From Cyanophora paradoxa CCMP329 (taxonomy: Eukaryota; Plantae; Glaucophyta): a DNA stretch of 64,000 nucleotides. The notes below the pieces were generated by a model that saw nothing but the letters and a program-made list of their open reading frames with translations, ran no database searches and was not told where the DNA came from. Below are positions 34,518-47,890 of this stretch, one piece after another. The position numbers and the translations under genes were made by a program. Every line of letters begins with the position of its first letter. Positions within the stretch are counted from its first letter, which is position 1. Location of the stretch: NCBI GenBank assembly GCA_004431415.1, contig QPMI01000402.1, positions 119,735 through 183,734 of the forward strand, in the 5' to 3' direction.

Positions 34518-35147
34518 CTAGGGCAAAATGCGCACGCCGAGGTGCTGAGCGAGAGCGCGCTGGCGCATGACCTGAGGTATGTTCGGGCCGAAATGCTGCG
34601 CCACGTGTTCGTCGCCGAGGTAGTAAACGAGCCAGCTATTCAGTTGCTGAGGCGTGAGCGCCAGAAGAACTTGCATGCTCGTAATCGGAGGTTGCGGCGG
34701 CTGGCCTCCCTGCTGGTTGAGGACGGCACGGTAGGGCGTCAGGACTCCTTCGGCGCAGGTCGCGTTCCACATCCTGTTAAACTGAGCCCGGCCGCGGCTC
34801 TCGTTAGCGAATGTCCCGAAGCCGCGGCCCGACACTGCCGCGGATACGGCGCACACGATGCGCCGGCGCATACGTACATCTTGCTGCATCTGTTGCAGCA
34901 TCAGCTGCATATCCTCCCAGCGCTGCTGCTCTTCCTGCTGCTGCAGATGAATCTGCTGAAGTTGTTGAGGAACCTGTTAGACACGTTAGCGCCAACGCTC
35001 CACCCAAGCAACAGCGTGTATGCTTACATCCAAGAGCCCGGCTAGTCCAGCGAGTTGGGGGACTTCGTTTGCAAGAACCTGGGAAGCCTGAGCAATCTGA
35101 TTAACGGCAGCTGCGATATTCACAGCAGCGTTTGCGGGATCTGCCAT
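34518..35147 (-). CDS. 159-aa Gln-rich coiled-coil protein with Mug135/DUF1773-like C-terminal domain (3 exons)
   Basis: Exons 35147-35028, 34973-34878 and 34781-34518 join in frame. Introns GTAAGC..GCTAAC..AG and GTACGT..GCTAAC..AG. C-terminus RMWNA...PPQPPITSMQVLLALTPQQLNSWLVYYL...RQRALAQHLGV. Family assignment is from pattern memory. Confidence 0.65.
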
Positions 35148-35645
35148 TGTGAGCGCTGCTTACCTTTCTTCTTTGGGCACAACGCGTTATATATGTGGAC
35201 GGCACATCAGCACGGCGCTTCACGGCGCTCATCAAGTGTCAAACGGTACGTTTTGCAGTGCTGCGGTACCCTAGAGAGACTCTCACCCCGGTCTCAACCA
35301 CGCTACCCCCTCAGCTGGCTCGCGGCTCGCCACTCTCCGCTCGCGCTGGTCGCGGCTCTCCGTTCGCCGTTCGAAACCCACTCGTCAGCCTCGTCTGAGC
35401 CTCTTCAGGAGTTCGAGCAGTCCAAGTCTCGAGAAGGAGTCCTTGCGAGCGAAAGGAACCATCGTTGCGAGCGCTCGCGTTTCTTTCCGAGCGCTGGCGC
35501 GGCTTCGAACCTCATCGTGCTGCGCTCGCTGGGTTTGGTGCAGGGCGGTGCAGGGCGGTGTGGTTGCGGTCGGCTGTGGATCCGAGGACCGGCCTCGTCG
35601 GGACCCCGCCTGCGGCTGCCTCCGTCACGCTCATGCCAACTGCAG

Positions 35646-38600
35646 CCGGCCGCCGCGCATGGAGTCGCCTCGTCGCTCTCGGCGATCAAGGCGCAGCTGC
35701 CGCCTCAGTCCGCTGCCCCGAGCGCTCCAGCGCAGTGAGCGATGACCGGCCCCGCCCGCTCCTCGCCCGCGCTTAGCTAATGTCCTCCCGCGCAGCGTGG
35801 ACCGCCGGCTGCAGCGGCTCCAGCAGGCCAGGGACGACGGCGGCGAGAAAGGCGGCAGGAGAGGCGTCGTCGCAGAGGTGATCGAAGGGGACGAGGAGGA
35901 GGAGGACGATGAGGAGGTCGACCGGAGGCGCGCGCGGCGGAGAGCGGTCGCGGTCCGTCCGCCGCGCGCCCGCTGCCGCGCCGTGGGCCCACGCCGCTTT
36001 GCAGGAGGTCATGGAGGGCGATGAGGGGGACGCCGATGACCTGGCGGCACGTCAGGACCAAGCCGACCGCGCCCGCGCCGCCGCGATGGGTGCGTGTCGG
36101 CTCCCCAGCCTGCCGCGCCCCACGCGCACGCCGCCGACCGCTCTGCAGCGCAAGAGGATGAGGACGACGACGAGGAGGCGGCGGAGCGACGGCGCCGCAT
36201 GATCCGCGAGAAGCTGAAGATGAAGCAGCAGGCTGAACTCCTCCCCGAGATGCCCGAGGCTAGCTAGCTCGCCCTCCGTGCGCCGCGCGCGTCGCGCATC
36301 GCATCGCTCAGGCTTGCGCGCAGGACGAGGAGGAGGAGGAGGAGGAAGAGTACGAGGAGGAGGAGGAGGAAGAGGAGGAGTTCAACTTCCGCCCGCTGCT
36401 GAAGCCCGTCTTCGTTCCCAAGGTGGCCTACGTCGCCTCGCCTCGCCTCGTCCCGTTCTTGTATCGTCATTCCTTTCTCTTTCTCACCGTTCCCGCCCTT
36501 AGGTCGCGCGGGAGACCGTCGCGGAGCGCGAGCGGCTCGAGAAGGAGGAGGAGGAAAAGTGCGCGGAACCCGTACAAGATGAACTACTTTTCATTTCTAA
36601 CGCTCTCTTCTTTCTTTCCTTCTTTATCAGAGCGGAGGAGGAGAAGAAGAAGCGGGACGCGCGGAAGATGGAGAGCCGGGCGATGGTGGAGAGCGAGATC
36701 CGCAAGGACGAGGCCCTCATCGCGCGCGGCCGTGCGTCAGAACATGAAGAGCTTTCTAGAGCGAAACAGAACATTATGAGCTTTCATAACATAATGGAAC
36801 AGAACATAATGAGCTTTCTAGAGCGAAATGCGGCGCTAGAGCTAGGCCCAATGTGTACAGCGAGGGCGAGATCTAATGAAATAGATCCTCTTGTCTAGCC
36901 CAAACGCCCCCTCGTCCCGGCCCCTGGCCCCCTTCTCCCTTCTCCTGGCCCCCTCCCGCGCCCTCCCTTCTGACCCCCTCCCCCCTCCCCCGCAGTGGCC
37001 TCAGGTGACCCGGAGGACCGGGAGGCCCTCCCCGACGACTCAGACGACGTCAACGAGGCCCGTACCCCCCGCCCCCGCCCCGCCCCCTTTCTTCGCCCCG
37101 CTGCGGCCGCCGGCCGCTACGTCTATCTCCCCTCTCGGAGCCAGCTAGCTAGCTAGCTAGCGAGCTAGGTCGCTGGGAGCCGGGGGCGAGGAGCTAGTGG
37201 GGACTACCCCTCCCCCCGAGGCCGCTGGCCGCAGAGACGCCCCCTTCCTCCCCCGCCCGCCGCCTCCCTGACCCGCCCGCGCACCCGGCAGGCGGCGGAG
37301 TACGAGGCGTGGAAACAGCGCGAGCTTGCCCGCATCAAGCGCGACAGGGAGGACCGGCAGCGGTGCGCGTACCCCCCGAGCCCCCCCCCGTGCCCCCCCC
37401 CCCCACGGCCTAGTCGCCCCCCCGCTAGCTCCCGATGCCGGCCAGCCAGCTAGCCCCCGTCCCGCCCCGCCCCGCCCCCCTCCGCCCCTGACGCCGCCCC
37501 GCGGCAGGTACGCCGACGAGATGGCGGACCTCGAGCGGCGCCGCCTCATGACCGACGAGGAGATCAAGCGCGAGGATGCGTGCGCACTCGCAGCGCAGCG
37601 CAGCGTACCCCCCGCCCGCCCGTGGCACACTCTAGCTGCCCCTTAGCGCCGCGGGCTGCAGTACTAGAGCGGGGGTGGGCTTTCCCCTCCCGCCACGCAG
37701 GGCCGCGCGGGCCTCGTCACGCCGCGCTGCGGGGCGCTAGAGCGCGGGGCCCGCGCGGGCCTTAGAGCGCCGCGCTGCGTGGCGCTAGAGCGCGGGCTTA
37801 GACTATAGCATAGAGCCGCCGCCCACCTGCCGCCGAAGCGCCGCCCTCCCCCGCTGCCCTCCCCCAGCGGCCCTCCGCGACCTGAGGCCCGCCCTCACCG
37901 CCCGCCGGCCGGCAGCATGGTCAAGGGCCCCCCGAAGGAGAAGAAGAAGTGGAAGTTCATGCAGAAGTACTACCACAAGGTGCGAACGAAGGGCCCCGTA
38001 CCCCCGCGCGCCGCACCGCCGTACCCCCTGTCCGACTCTCCCCCCTCAGGGAGCTTTCTTCATGGACGAGGCGGAGGCGAAGCCCGAGTGCGCGGTACCC
38101 CCCTCCACCAGGGGCCAGGCCCCGGGCGGCTCTGGGCCCTAGGCCGTAGTCTCTAGGCTCCATGCGCCCCGGCCTAGCCCGCCCCCCCCCCCGCTTCGCC
38201 CTTCTCCGTCCCACCCCGCCCTCTACACCCCTCTAAGCACCTAGGCTAGCTGGCTGGCTAGCTATGGCCTGAGGGCGTCCCTGCCCGGCCCGCCCCGCCG
38301 CCCCCTAGCTCTAGCTAGGGGGCTGCCTAGCGCTAGCTAGCTACGGCTAGCTATTGCCCCCCCGCCCCCGCTTCCCTCCCCCTCCCCTGCTCCCCCCCCG
38401 CCCTCCTCACGCCCCCCTCCGCCCCGCCGCAGGTCGGTGCTGGCGCGCGACTACGACGAGCCGACGCTGGAGGACCACTACAACAAGGAGGCCATGCCCA
38501 AGCCCATGCAGGCCCGTACCCCCCCGCCCCCCCTCCCTCCCTCCTTCCTCAAGGGGGTACGGGGCGCGGGCGCAGGTCAAGAACTTCGGCAAGGCGGGGC

Positions 38601-39106
38601 GCACGAAGTACACGCATCTCCTCGACCAGGTCCCCGCCCCCCCCGCCCCGCCCCTGCCGGGGGGGGACACGCTCGCGTGTCTCCTCCGAGATTTATAGCG
38701 GCCGCCGGGATCGGGGCGGGGGCCGGGGCGAGGCGTCTAGCCCTTTAAAGCTTGCTAGCTCGCTCTGCGCCTTCGGGTGCCCGTTCGGGTCGGCCGGCGC
38801 CCGCTGAGCCGCGGCGGCGCGGCGCAGGACACGACGGCGGGCAAGGACGTCCTGTTCTTCCACAACAAGGTACCCCCCCTCGATCCAGATCCAGGCTGTA
38901 CCCCCCCCCCACCTGGATCCCTGACGCGACCGCGGCGCCCAGGACCTCAAGACGAAGTACGAGTCCAAGATGGCTGGCGTTGGTGCGGCCTTCTTGGATT
39001 CGAATTCGCTGAATTTGATCCGGGATTGGCGTCGCAATTGAGGCGGGCGGGCGGCGCGCGCGCAGGCGGCGTGGCCGAGAGGCAGGCGAAGAAGCCGAAG
39101 CTGTGA
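35646..39106 (+). CDS. MFAP1: Second, tandem MFAP1 copy lacking the original 5' exons (chimeric 5' end or pseudogene)
   Basis: Near-identical exons and introns to ~30560-34165; the segment encoding MSLVFDKK...RYWPGKAP is absent. Confidence 0.8.
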
Positions 39107-39459
39107 TCGCGAGATCCGGCCAAGGCCGCCGGCCGTTCCCCCGGCCTTCGAATTCGTGGAAGAAGATCAAGATTGCATGCGAGTTTTTGCTAGCAGCGCT
39201 GCCAGCTGCAGACTGCCGGTATACGAATACACGTATAAACAGTGCACAACCTTGGCTCTAGGACATAGGGGAGAGAGGGCCGGGGGGGGGGGGGGGGGGG
39301 GGGGGCACCGGTGTACCTGATTTGGGGGGTCACCGGGTGCTTGGACCGGTACCCCCCAATTTGGATAGACCTGGGGGAGGGGGAAAGCCGAGTTCGCAAT
39401 TACCACGCGCCACACTGCATGCGCAGGGCTGGTATTCTTGAAAGCTTAATTCATGATTA

Positions 39460-40105
39460 TAGAGCCGCGCCGCGCCTAGGCCTCCGGTCCCGGAGTCCGG
39501 ATCCCCCCCAGGCCCCGCCCGCCGAGCCGCGCCGCTGCCCGCCGCGCCTCTGCCCCGCCCGGCGAGCTGCGCGCGCTGCCGCCCGCCGCGCCTCCCCCGG
39601 CCCGCCGAGCCGCGCCGCCGCCCGCCGCGCCTCAGGGCCTCCGCGCGCGGCCGCCCCGTCCAGCGAGCCGCGCCGCCGCCCGTCGCGCCTCCGCCCCACC
39701 CGCCGCGCCTCTCCCTGGCCCGCCGAGCCGCGCCGCCGCCCGCCGCGCCTCTGCCGTCGGCGCCCCGCCGCCGAGCCGCGCCGCTGCCCGCCGCGCCTCC
39801 GCCGGGCCGCGCGCGGCCGCCCCGTCCAGCAGGCCGCGCCGCCGCCCGTCGCGCCTCCGCCCCGCCGGGCCGCCCGCCAAGCCGCGCCGCCGCCCGCCGC
39901 GCCTCCGCGCGCGGCCGCCCCGTCCAGCAGGCCGCGCCGCTGCCCGGCGCGCCTCCGTCCGCCCCGCCCGCCGAGCCGCGCCGTCGCCGGCGCGCCGGCG
40001 CGCGCCTGGCCTCCGGGATCCGCGCGAGCGCGCTGCGCAGCCGATCCGGATCCGCGGCCGCCCCGCCGGCGCCCGCCGAGCCGCGCCGGCGCCCGCCGCG
40101 CCTAT
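39460..40105. repeat. Extremely GC-rich degenerate minisatellite (CCGCCGAGCCGCGCCGCYGCCCGCCGCGCCTC-like units)
   Basis: The unit recurs many times; the overlapping ORFs are low-complexity. Confidence 0.75.
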
Positions 40106-40598
40106 AGCTATCGCTAGATATCGATCTAGATCTAGCTCGCATGCATGTATGCCGCGCGCGCCTGCAGCTGCCGCGATCGCGATATAGTCGCGGAGCTCAG
40201 CTGCAGCTAGCTGCAGCTCTGCCTCGCCCGGCGAGCCACGCACTGGCGGCGGCACGTACGCACGTGCACACTGCACACCCGGCCCTGCATGCGCAACTGC
40301 AGTCTGCAGCTGCAGCTGCCTGCAGCTGGCCTGGGGCTCGAGGCGACCCCCCCCCCCCCACAAGTTGCAGCTGGGCTACAGCAAATATTTCTATGCGGAA
40401 GTACCTCTTTCCACATAGCGGAAAGTACCTCTTTCCACATAGAAAGTAGGGTGCTCCCTGGATCACCCTATTTAACTTCACAAAACCGCAGTCAAGCGCG
40501 GCTTGCGCCGGCATTAATTCTTGATCTTGCAAAAATTGCGCGCAGATACGCGATCGCGACCTAGGCCTTAGATTCCCCGTTATTGATCGGCGATCGCG

Positions 40599-43500
40599 AT
40601 GATCCAGACCATCAAAAAATTGTTGGGAGTACCCGCGGCCGAGTGCATCGTGCTGGACAGCGATGAAGAGCAGGAATTCCAGCCCCAGCCGCCCCATGGC
40701 CAGCTGCAGCAGAACGCGAACGTGCATGCGCAGCTGCAGGCGAACGCTTCCACTAGATCTGACTCCGTGGCCGCGTTCGCCGCCGGCGCTCCCCGCGGCC
40801 CGGATCCCGAGGGCGGGCCGGACCAGCAGTTGAGCGACGAGCAGCAAGATGCAGATCTGCAATCCGTCAGCCCCGAGCCCGGCCCCCGCAGTAGCCCGAA
40901 TGTTAACCCTTGACCTGACCACGACCATGACCGCAGGCGAGCGAGCCGCAGCGGTCCGAGGCGACCGGCGCTGGCGATTTCGAGGATGAGCACTCGCTTG
41001 CGCCTCCGGAGGAGCGTCCGCAGACTCCCGAGCCGGAGTCGGCGAGCGTCGGGGAGCACTTCGTGCACACCCTGGGCCAGAACCACCGCGACAGCAAGAT
41101 GGGCGGTGCGAGCGTACCTTACATCGCTTCCTGAGCGCAATCCGCTGACTGCAGTCCCCGCCCCGCAGCGCTGGCGGAGTTCTTCGACAACAGCCGCGAT
41201 GCCTCGGCGAACCTCATCAAGATCGAGCGCGCCACCGTGCCCCGGGCCCGCGCCGAGGCCGAAGAAGGCGAGCAAGAGTCCGCGGGTCAGTCCTGCCACC
41301 CGCCCGCGCTCCCTGTCCCACGCCTGAGCATTCGCCTCGCCGCGCGCTGCAGACGAGGAGGCCATTGCGATCACGGACGACGGCAGCGGCATGACGGAGG
41401 CGGAGCTGAGGACCTGCTTCAACATGGGATCGTCGATCAAGTCGGACGTGCACGTCGGCGGGGTGCGTTCCGGCTGATGCGCAGATTTGATCCCGCCTCG
41501 CCGCCGCTCACGGCCGCCCGCTCTGCCGCGCAGTACGGCATCGGCTTCAAGAGCGGCGTGCTGCGCGTGGCGCGCCGCGTCGCCGTGTTCACAGTGGCGC
41601 GGGACGGGCGCCGCTCGGTGGGGCTCTTCCCGTGGGCCGCGCCCGCGGCGGGCCGCGAGGGCTCGGCCGCGGACGGCGGAAGCCTCAAGTTCATCGTCGG
41701 TGCGACTCGGACCTGCTCCGCGCCGCGCCCCCGCGCGCCGTCCCGCCCGCGCCCGACGTGACCGCCCGCCGCGCGCGCAGCGCCCTGGGACGACGCGGCG
41801 TCGCCGAAGCGGGCGCTGTTCCTGCGCGAGTCGGGCTTCGGGACGGCGGCGGAGGTGGAGGCGCAGTTCGAGGCGGTGGGCGCGTGCGGCGTGGGCCCGA
41901 GCGCCAGCGGGACGCGCGTCGTGCTGTGCGGCCTCAAGAACGAGGAGGACCAGCGGCTCGTCTTCTCCGCGGACGGCGCCGACCTCCAGGTGCTGGACGA
42001 GAAGGGCCGCCCCTTTCGCCTCGCCAGCCGCGTCAAGGCCGTGCTCCCCAACAAACAGATCGAGCTGGTGCGCGGCGCCGGCGCCAGTCGCCGTCAGCTC
42101 CGTTCGTGTCCGAACCTGACCCGAGGGGGCGCAGGACTACAGCGTGCGGGCCTACGCGGCTCTGCTCTTCGACGGCGGCGCGGCGCCGGCCTTCGAGATC
42201 AACGACCGCCCGGTGGACCGCATCGCCCCGGAGGCCTTTCTCGGCCTCGAGGACCGCAGCCCCGTGCTGCCGGTGACCGTCCTCCAGGCCAACGCGCGCC
42301 TCACGCTCGGCTTCAGCCGATACGTCTTCGACGACCGCCTCCCGGGCGGCCTTCTCTACTAGTGCGCCGCCCCGCTAGACCAGAAATCTCTCTCTACGAT
42401 CTGACGCGGCGGCGCTCGCAGCAAGGACCGCCTGATCGAGTCGTTCGTGCAAATCGGCGAGCAGCACTTCGCGAGCACCGTTCAGCAGGGCCTCGCGGCC
42501 GTGCTCCGCGTCGACGCCGCCAACAGCTCCAAAAACGACGTCATCAACACCAAGCAGGTGCCGTCCTGCGTTCGATTCGAACCGTTCCCGGCTGTTATCT
42601 GACGGCGCGCCGCCAGGCCTTCGACTGGAAATTGCGCGTCAAGATCAGCGACGTTCTGGCGGAGCAGGGGCGAGAGTTCTGGGCGGAGCTCGCCACGAAG
42701 GGCGGACCGAGCTTCCTGCGCGACGGCCGCGCGCAGCAGGCGGCGCCCCGGCCCCCCGCGGACCCCAACGGGGAGTTCAACTGGGTGCAGTGCAGCGGTT
42801 GGTGCGCTGCTCTGCTCGGCTCGGCGCCTGTACCCCCTCGAAGGCTGCTCTGACCCCGCCGCCGCCCAGCTCGAAGTGGCGCAGGCTGCACCCGGGCCAC
42901 ACGCCGCCCGGCAAGGACGAGGCCTGGTGCGCGCTCGCCGTACCCCCCCCCGCCCCCCCCCCCCCCCCTTCTTACCTGTACCCTCCCCGCAGGTACTGCG
43001 CGATGGCTCCGGACCGTATGATCACCTGCGAGGAGCCGGAGGACCCTTGGGACAAGGGTGACGTCGCCATTGCCAGCAACGTCGGATCGGCCCAGGTCCG
43101 GATAGACGGAAGCTCTCCAATGATTACGCTGAGTGTACCCCAGAGACTGGCGCGGATTACCGCGATGGAGGCAAGCATCGCCGCCAAGCAGAAGCAGGCG
43201 AGCGGCGTACCCCTCTCCCTGACCGCAGCCGGCGCCGCTTCCGCTGACGCGAAAACAGAAACACATTTTGCACGTCTGGGGCGGCCTCGGAGGCTCTGTT
43301 GAGCCTCCTCGCCCCGCGGACAAGCGCGACGGGAATGGCAAGCGGAGGGGTGCGTACCCCCCGTCGTCTTCTTCCCCCCGCCCGGGCCTTTTTGTCGCGA
43401 GCGCCGACCGGGCTCCGGGTCGCAGGGCCCGAGCCGCTCGAGCAGCCGGCCCCGAAGCAGGCGCGGACCCACGCCTCCGGATCCGGCGCCGCCCAGCGGC

Positions 43501-44124
43501 GGCCGCCGCCGCCCTTCCGTCTGGAGGTCTTCGACACCAAGTACGCGATCTTCAACGAGATGGGCATCTTCACGTCTTCCTGCCCCGCCCCGCTCGACTT
43601 CCCGCCCAGCCGTGACATGTCCGTCCCTTCGCCCCCCCCCCCCCCCCCCCCCCCTCCCCCCTCCTGAAGTATTCCGCCCCAGCGCGCCGCTGACGCACAG
43701 TCTTCGTGCGACGCGCAGAGACCTGAATTGGAAGTGCGACACGGTCAATGCTCCTGTGATCGACCCGGAGCGGGACATCGCCTGCGGCTTCGCTCTGAAA
43801 CAGGAGGGCGCAGTCGACTGCCGCGACCTCTGCAGCTGGCTTCGCAAGCACGGCCGGGTGCGCGCGTCCTTTGGCTTTTTCCGATCGCTCCCGGCTTTCT
43901 GACCGGCGGCCCCGGTGCAGGTGCTGCGGTACCCCCAGAAGGGCACGAGCCTGTGCCAAGACAATCGGAGGCAGGAGTGGGTGATCGTCGGCGCCGGGCA
44001 GGCCCCGCCCAGCCATCGCTACGCCTTCTTCCTCCTGCCTGCGCCCGCCGCGCCCGGCACGGGCTCCAGCCTCGGACGCGGCCTCCCCGCCTTCTCCGTC
44101 TACTTTCTCCGCGACTCTTCCTAG
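40599..44124 (+). CDS. MORC-family GHKL ATPase with S5 domain, CW zinc finger and an unrecognised C-terminal domain (copy 1)
   Basis: ALAEFFDNSRDA, ITDDGSGMT, QYGIGFKSG, GTRVVL, DYSVRAYAALLF, GLLYYKDRLI, NTKQAF; CW finger WVQC...KWRRL...WYCAM...CEEPED. Confidence 0.9.
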
Positions 44125-44739
44125 ATGAGTGTCTGAGTGTGCGATCCCGAGTTCATCTCGTTTGCATGCCGCCCCTTCTTGGCGATTAATTATTCATCTT
44201 TCCGCTTGCGTGAATTTACTTGTATATACGTATATTCGGGGGACGTTTCCTGCGGTTCAAGCTGTAGAATCTTTTCTTAACGCCTTCCAGTGAATTTTGC
44301 AGCTTAAATTGTGCAAATCCTTCTTCAGTGATAGCGGTTTTTTGTTGTTTCGGCTTCAAGGCTTCTCCCTCTACTGAGTCTACATCTACATGTAAAGCGC
44401 TCAGCTGTACTGCAGCGTTATTTGACTTTGTTGCAGCCTAAGCAGTTGTGTTCAAGTTTGAGCTTGATCAAGTACTAGTGTCGCAATTTTGCAGACTTGA
44501 AATGCGATCCAAGTGCAGTGCACGTGTGATTTAAATTAAAGATTTGCAATTGAATCGAGTGCACACTACGAACGGTGCCCGAGCTCAGCGACAGCCGGCG
44601 AGCCGCGCGGCGACAACATTGGAGTTGAGGTCGACGTCGAAGGCCAGAATCGCTTCGACCCCAGTCTCGGGCTCGGGCTCCCGAGTCCTGCGCCGTGGCG
44701 GAGCCGGAGCCGGACGCGGGGCCCAGGTCCGCTGGCCGC

Positions 44740-45889
44740 TCAAGGCGGGATCCGGCCTCTGTGGCCGTCCGCCCCGGCCACCGGCCGCGGCTGCTGGTCA
44801 TGGACAAGGCACTCGCTCGCGATCGCCCGCGGCCGCTTTGCGGTCGGCTGTGGCGCGGGCGGCTTGGCCGCGGCATCTCCGCTCCAAGCGGCCGCGGCGG
44901 CGTACGCGTGCCCGTCGGACACCGCGGCTGATCATGAGGGCCCAGTACGGTCAGCGAGGCGGCGGGCGAGAGGCTCGAGGATATATAAGGGGCGAAGGGC
45001 GCGCACCCGCCAGCTTGAGCTTCGAATTCCGCTTCGGCGGCTCGGGGACCGCGGCTTTCCTCGGGCTCGCGGCGCGGAGGGCCGGCGCGCCGGCGCCGGC
45101 GCCGGCGGCGAGCTCGAGCCGGTCCAGCGCGCCCTTCGCCGAGGGCCGCCTGCCCGCCCCGCCCCGTCGGGAAGGAACGTTAAAGCAGCTTGTCGCGGGC
45201 CGGCGCCCGGGCCCCACGCACCTCGCGGGGTCAGAATCCATGAGGTCGCGGATCAGATCGACGAGCCCGGCGCTGTAGGACGCCTCCCAGCCCCCCGCCT
45301 CGACCTGGAGTGAGAAGAGAGCGGCGTGAGAGGCGTAGGCGGGCGCGGCGCCTGTTAAGAGAAGCGCGCACGTACGGGATCGGCCCCGGCGCAGGCGGCG
45401 GCGCAGAGGGCGCGGGCGACGGCACCCAGGCCGTACACGTCCGCCGCCCGCCAGTCGCACTGGGCGCCTCCGGAGAGGCCTACCTCGAGCTCCGGGGCGA
45501 TGGCGAGGTTGGCCTCGAGTTCCAACGCGGCGGCCGCGGGACTAGACCCGACAGGCCGAGCCTGCGCGGCGAAGCGGTCGGCGGTCAGACGATCGCGAGG
45601 AGGACCGGATGCATGCGGAGGGGCGTGCAGGGGAGGGGGGGGGTACCGGCGAGCCCGCGTCGAGGGTACCGCGGGGCTGGACGCGGGAGGTGCCGAAATC
45701 GCCCAGCTTCACTTCCAGGCGGCCGCCACACTCGATAAAGAAAACGTTGTCCGGCTGCGGGGCGACTCAGGGGTGGGCCGTCAAGGGGAGGCGAACGAAG
45801 GAGGGGGAGGCGGGGGTAAGGGGAGGTTCTGGGGGTGGGCCATCAAGCGGGGGCGAACGAAGGAGGAGGGAAGGGGAGGCGGAGGGTGT

Positions 45890-45920
<31 letters not shown>

Positions 45921-46686
45921 GGGGGGGAGTGCGGGTCTAGGGACAGAGGGGGGGGAGAGGGGGGTCTGTGTGCCTCGGGGGGAGGGGGGGGAGGGGGCTG
46001 GGCTGGGGCCAGGGGGTCGGGGGTACGCGCCTTGAGGTCGCAGTGGGCGAGCGTGCCCTCCTCTCCGAAGACGGCGATGGGCGTGCTGTGGATGTGATGG
46101 AGCTGTGCGTGCACGGCAGGAGCCGTCAGCGCGGGGCACCGAATGCAGGGGCGGCAGGGCCCGACAGCGCACCGCGCTCGCGAGCTGAGCGAGGACCGAT
46201 CGGATCTCGAACTCCGACAGGCGCCGCCTCGACCCGGTCAGGTCGCTCAGCTGCCGAGCGAGGACCGTCGGATACGGTCCTCAAAGCCGGTGGGCCGAGC
46301 TCGAGGGCGCACCGTCCCGTCGCACTTCTCCATCACGATGTACGTCTCGTACAAGGCGCCTGCGGGCGGATCTTGGTCGTGGAAACAGGGGCCCGGTGCC
46401 GGCGCGCGTACCCCGCTTGATGAAGAAGGCGTCGTGCTCTTTGACGACGTTCGAATTCGGGTGGCATTTGATCTGCCGGCGGGGCCCGGCCCCTTACCGC
46501 TTACCCGCTTAACGGCGTAGCGCCGCTCGGGGGCCTCGCCCTGCAGCCGCGCCTCGAGGACTTCGCCCGAGTGCCCCGCGCCGAGCGGCCTCCCGAGGGC
46601 GTACTCGCGGGAGGGCCGCTGGAAGCCTCTAGACCTCTTGAGCTCGTCCCAGCTCGGGCGCAGCTGCGGGCCTGGCTATAGGCCAT
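44740..46686 (-). CDS. Ser/Thr protein kinase (non-RD, HCDLK), multi-exon; ends approximate
   Basis: LGAGHSGEV, YAVKR, YIVMEKC, HCDLK|PDN, VKLGDFG, DLIRDLMDSDPAR. Confidence 0.75.
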
Positions 46687-46694
46687 CCGGGGAT

Positions 46695-47215
46695 CTCCGT
46701 CCGCGGCGCGAGCCGTCGGACGCGTACGAGGGGCGAGCCGTTGATGGGCAGTTTATTTCGGCGCGGCCCACTGCGCGGCGCGGTCGAAGGTCATGTCCGC
46801 GGCGCGAGCCGTCAGACGAGGGGCGAGGGGCGTGTGCCGCGCGTACCGGCGGGCTCTCGCTCGCCTTGTTGTGCCGATAGGGGTCCTCGCTCTTCAGACG
46901 AGGGGCGAGGGGCGAGCCGTTGATGGGCCCGGCAGTTTGTTTATTTCGGTCTTGAAATTAAATTTTGATCATGAGTTTAATTTCCTGTACGTCCACGTGT
47001 AATTTATAGAGCGTGAGTTTCCTGTACGTCCACGTGTAAAGCGTGCAGCTGTAGCCTCGAGCTCATGATCGTTTGATCGAAAGAATGATTAAAGAATATT
47101 TATTGAGCGAAGCCTCGCCCCGCGTCTGCGGCGCGAGCCGTCAGACGAGAAGCGTGCCGTGCGTACCGGCGGGCTCTAGATCTCGCTCGCCTTGTGCCGG
47201 CGCCGATAGGGGTCG
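46695..47215 (+). repeat. Dispersed short direct repeats (GCGGCGCGAGCCGTCAGACGA..., GGGCGAGCCGTTGATGGGC)
   Basis: Copies near 46700, 46798, 46895 and 47126. Confidence 0.55.
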
Positions 47216-47890
47216 CTCGAATTCGAACTTGACGTACGCGGGTCCCTCGAGCGCGGGCGCTGCAAGAGGGTACGAGCGCTCAGCAGGCGTCACGTGCCGC
47301 TGCACCAAACCGAAATGCATCGCGCGTTCGCACCGCTCATCTCGCCTTCGGCCTCCTGGCAGAATGAACTCCGCATAGCGGCGAACCCCTATTTATGCTC
47401 GAGTAGACTTCGAGAGTCCTGAAGTAGGATCCCGAAGTCAGGATGCGGACGCCAGAGCGAGGGCGCTCGCACTCACTCGTATTTATACTACCGAGCGATC
47501 CAGAAACTGGAGTCCAGAAGGTCTGGCGTCCAGAAGATGGATTCCACAAAGTGGAAAGCTGGAGTCCAGAAGATGGAATCCATAAAGTGGAAAGCAAAGT
47601 GGAAAGCTTTTGGATCGCGCGGGAGGTGTAGGCGCCATGCTGATGCTTAGCTACCGCGATCCTATGTTCCGCCCAGGGGCTGTACATGTTCATGCGCCGA
47701 GCGATCCGAGCCGATCCGGAAGTAGGATATCGATCCGACAGCACGAAGTCGGATCCTACCTGTGCGCGGAGGGATCCTGTATCAGGATCGGAGCGATCCT
47801 GAATCAGGATGCGGACGCCGGGGTCTGAAAGCGCTCCCACGCGCACGTAGTCGTACTGCCGAGCGATCCAGAAACTGGAATCCAGAAACG

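Noticed and set aside
39311-40363. Long Arg/Pro/Ala-rich ORFs, and many similar ORFs across the GC-rich host region
   Set aside because: Stop-poor minisatellite or GC-rich shadow frames with no domain signal.
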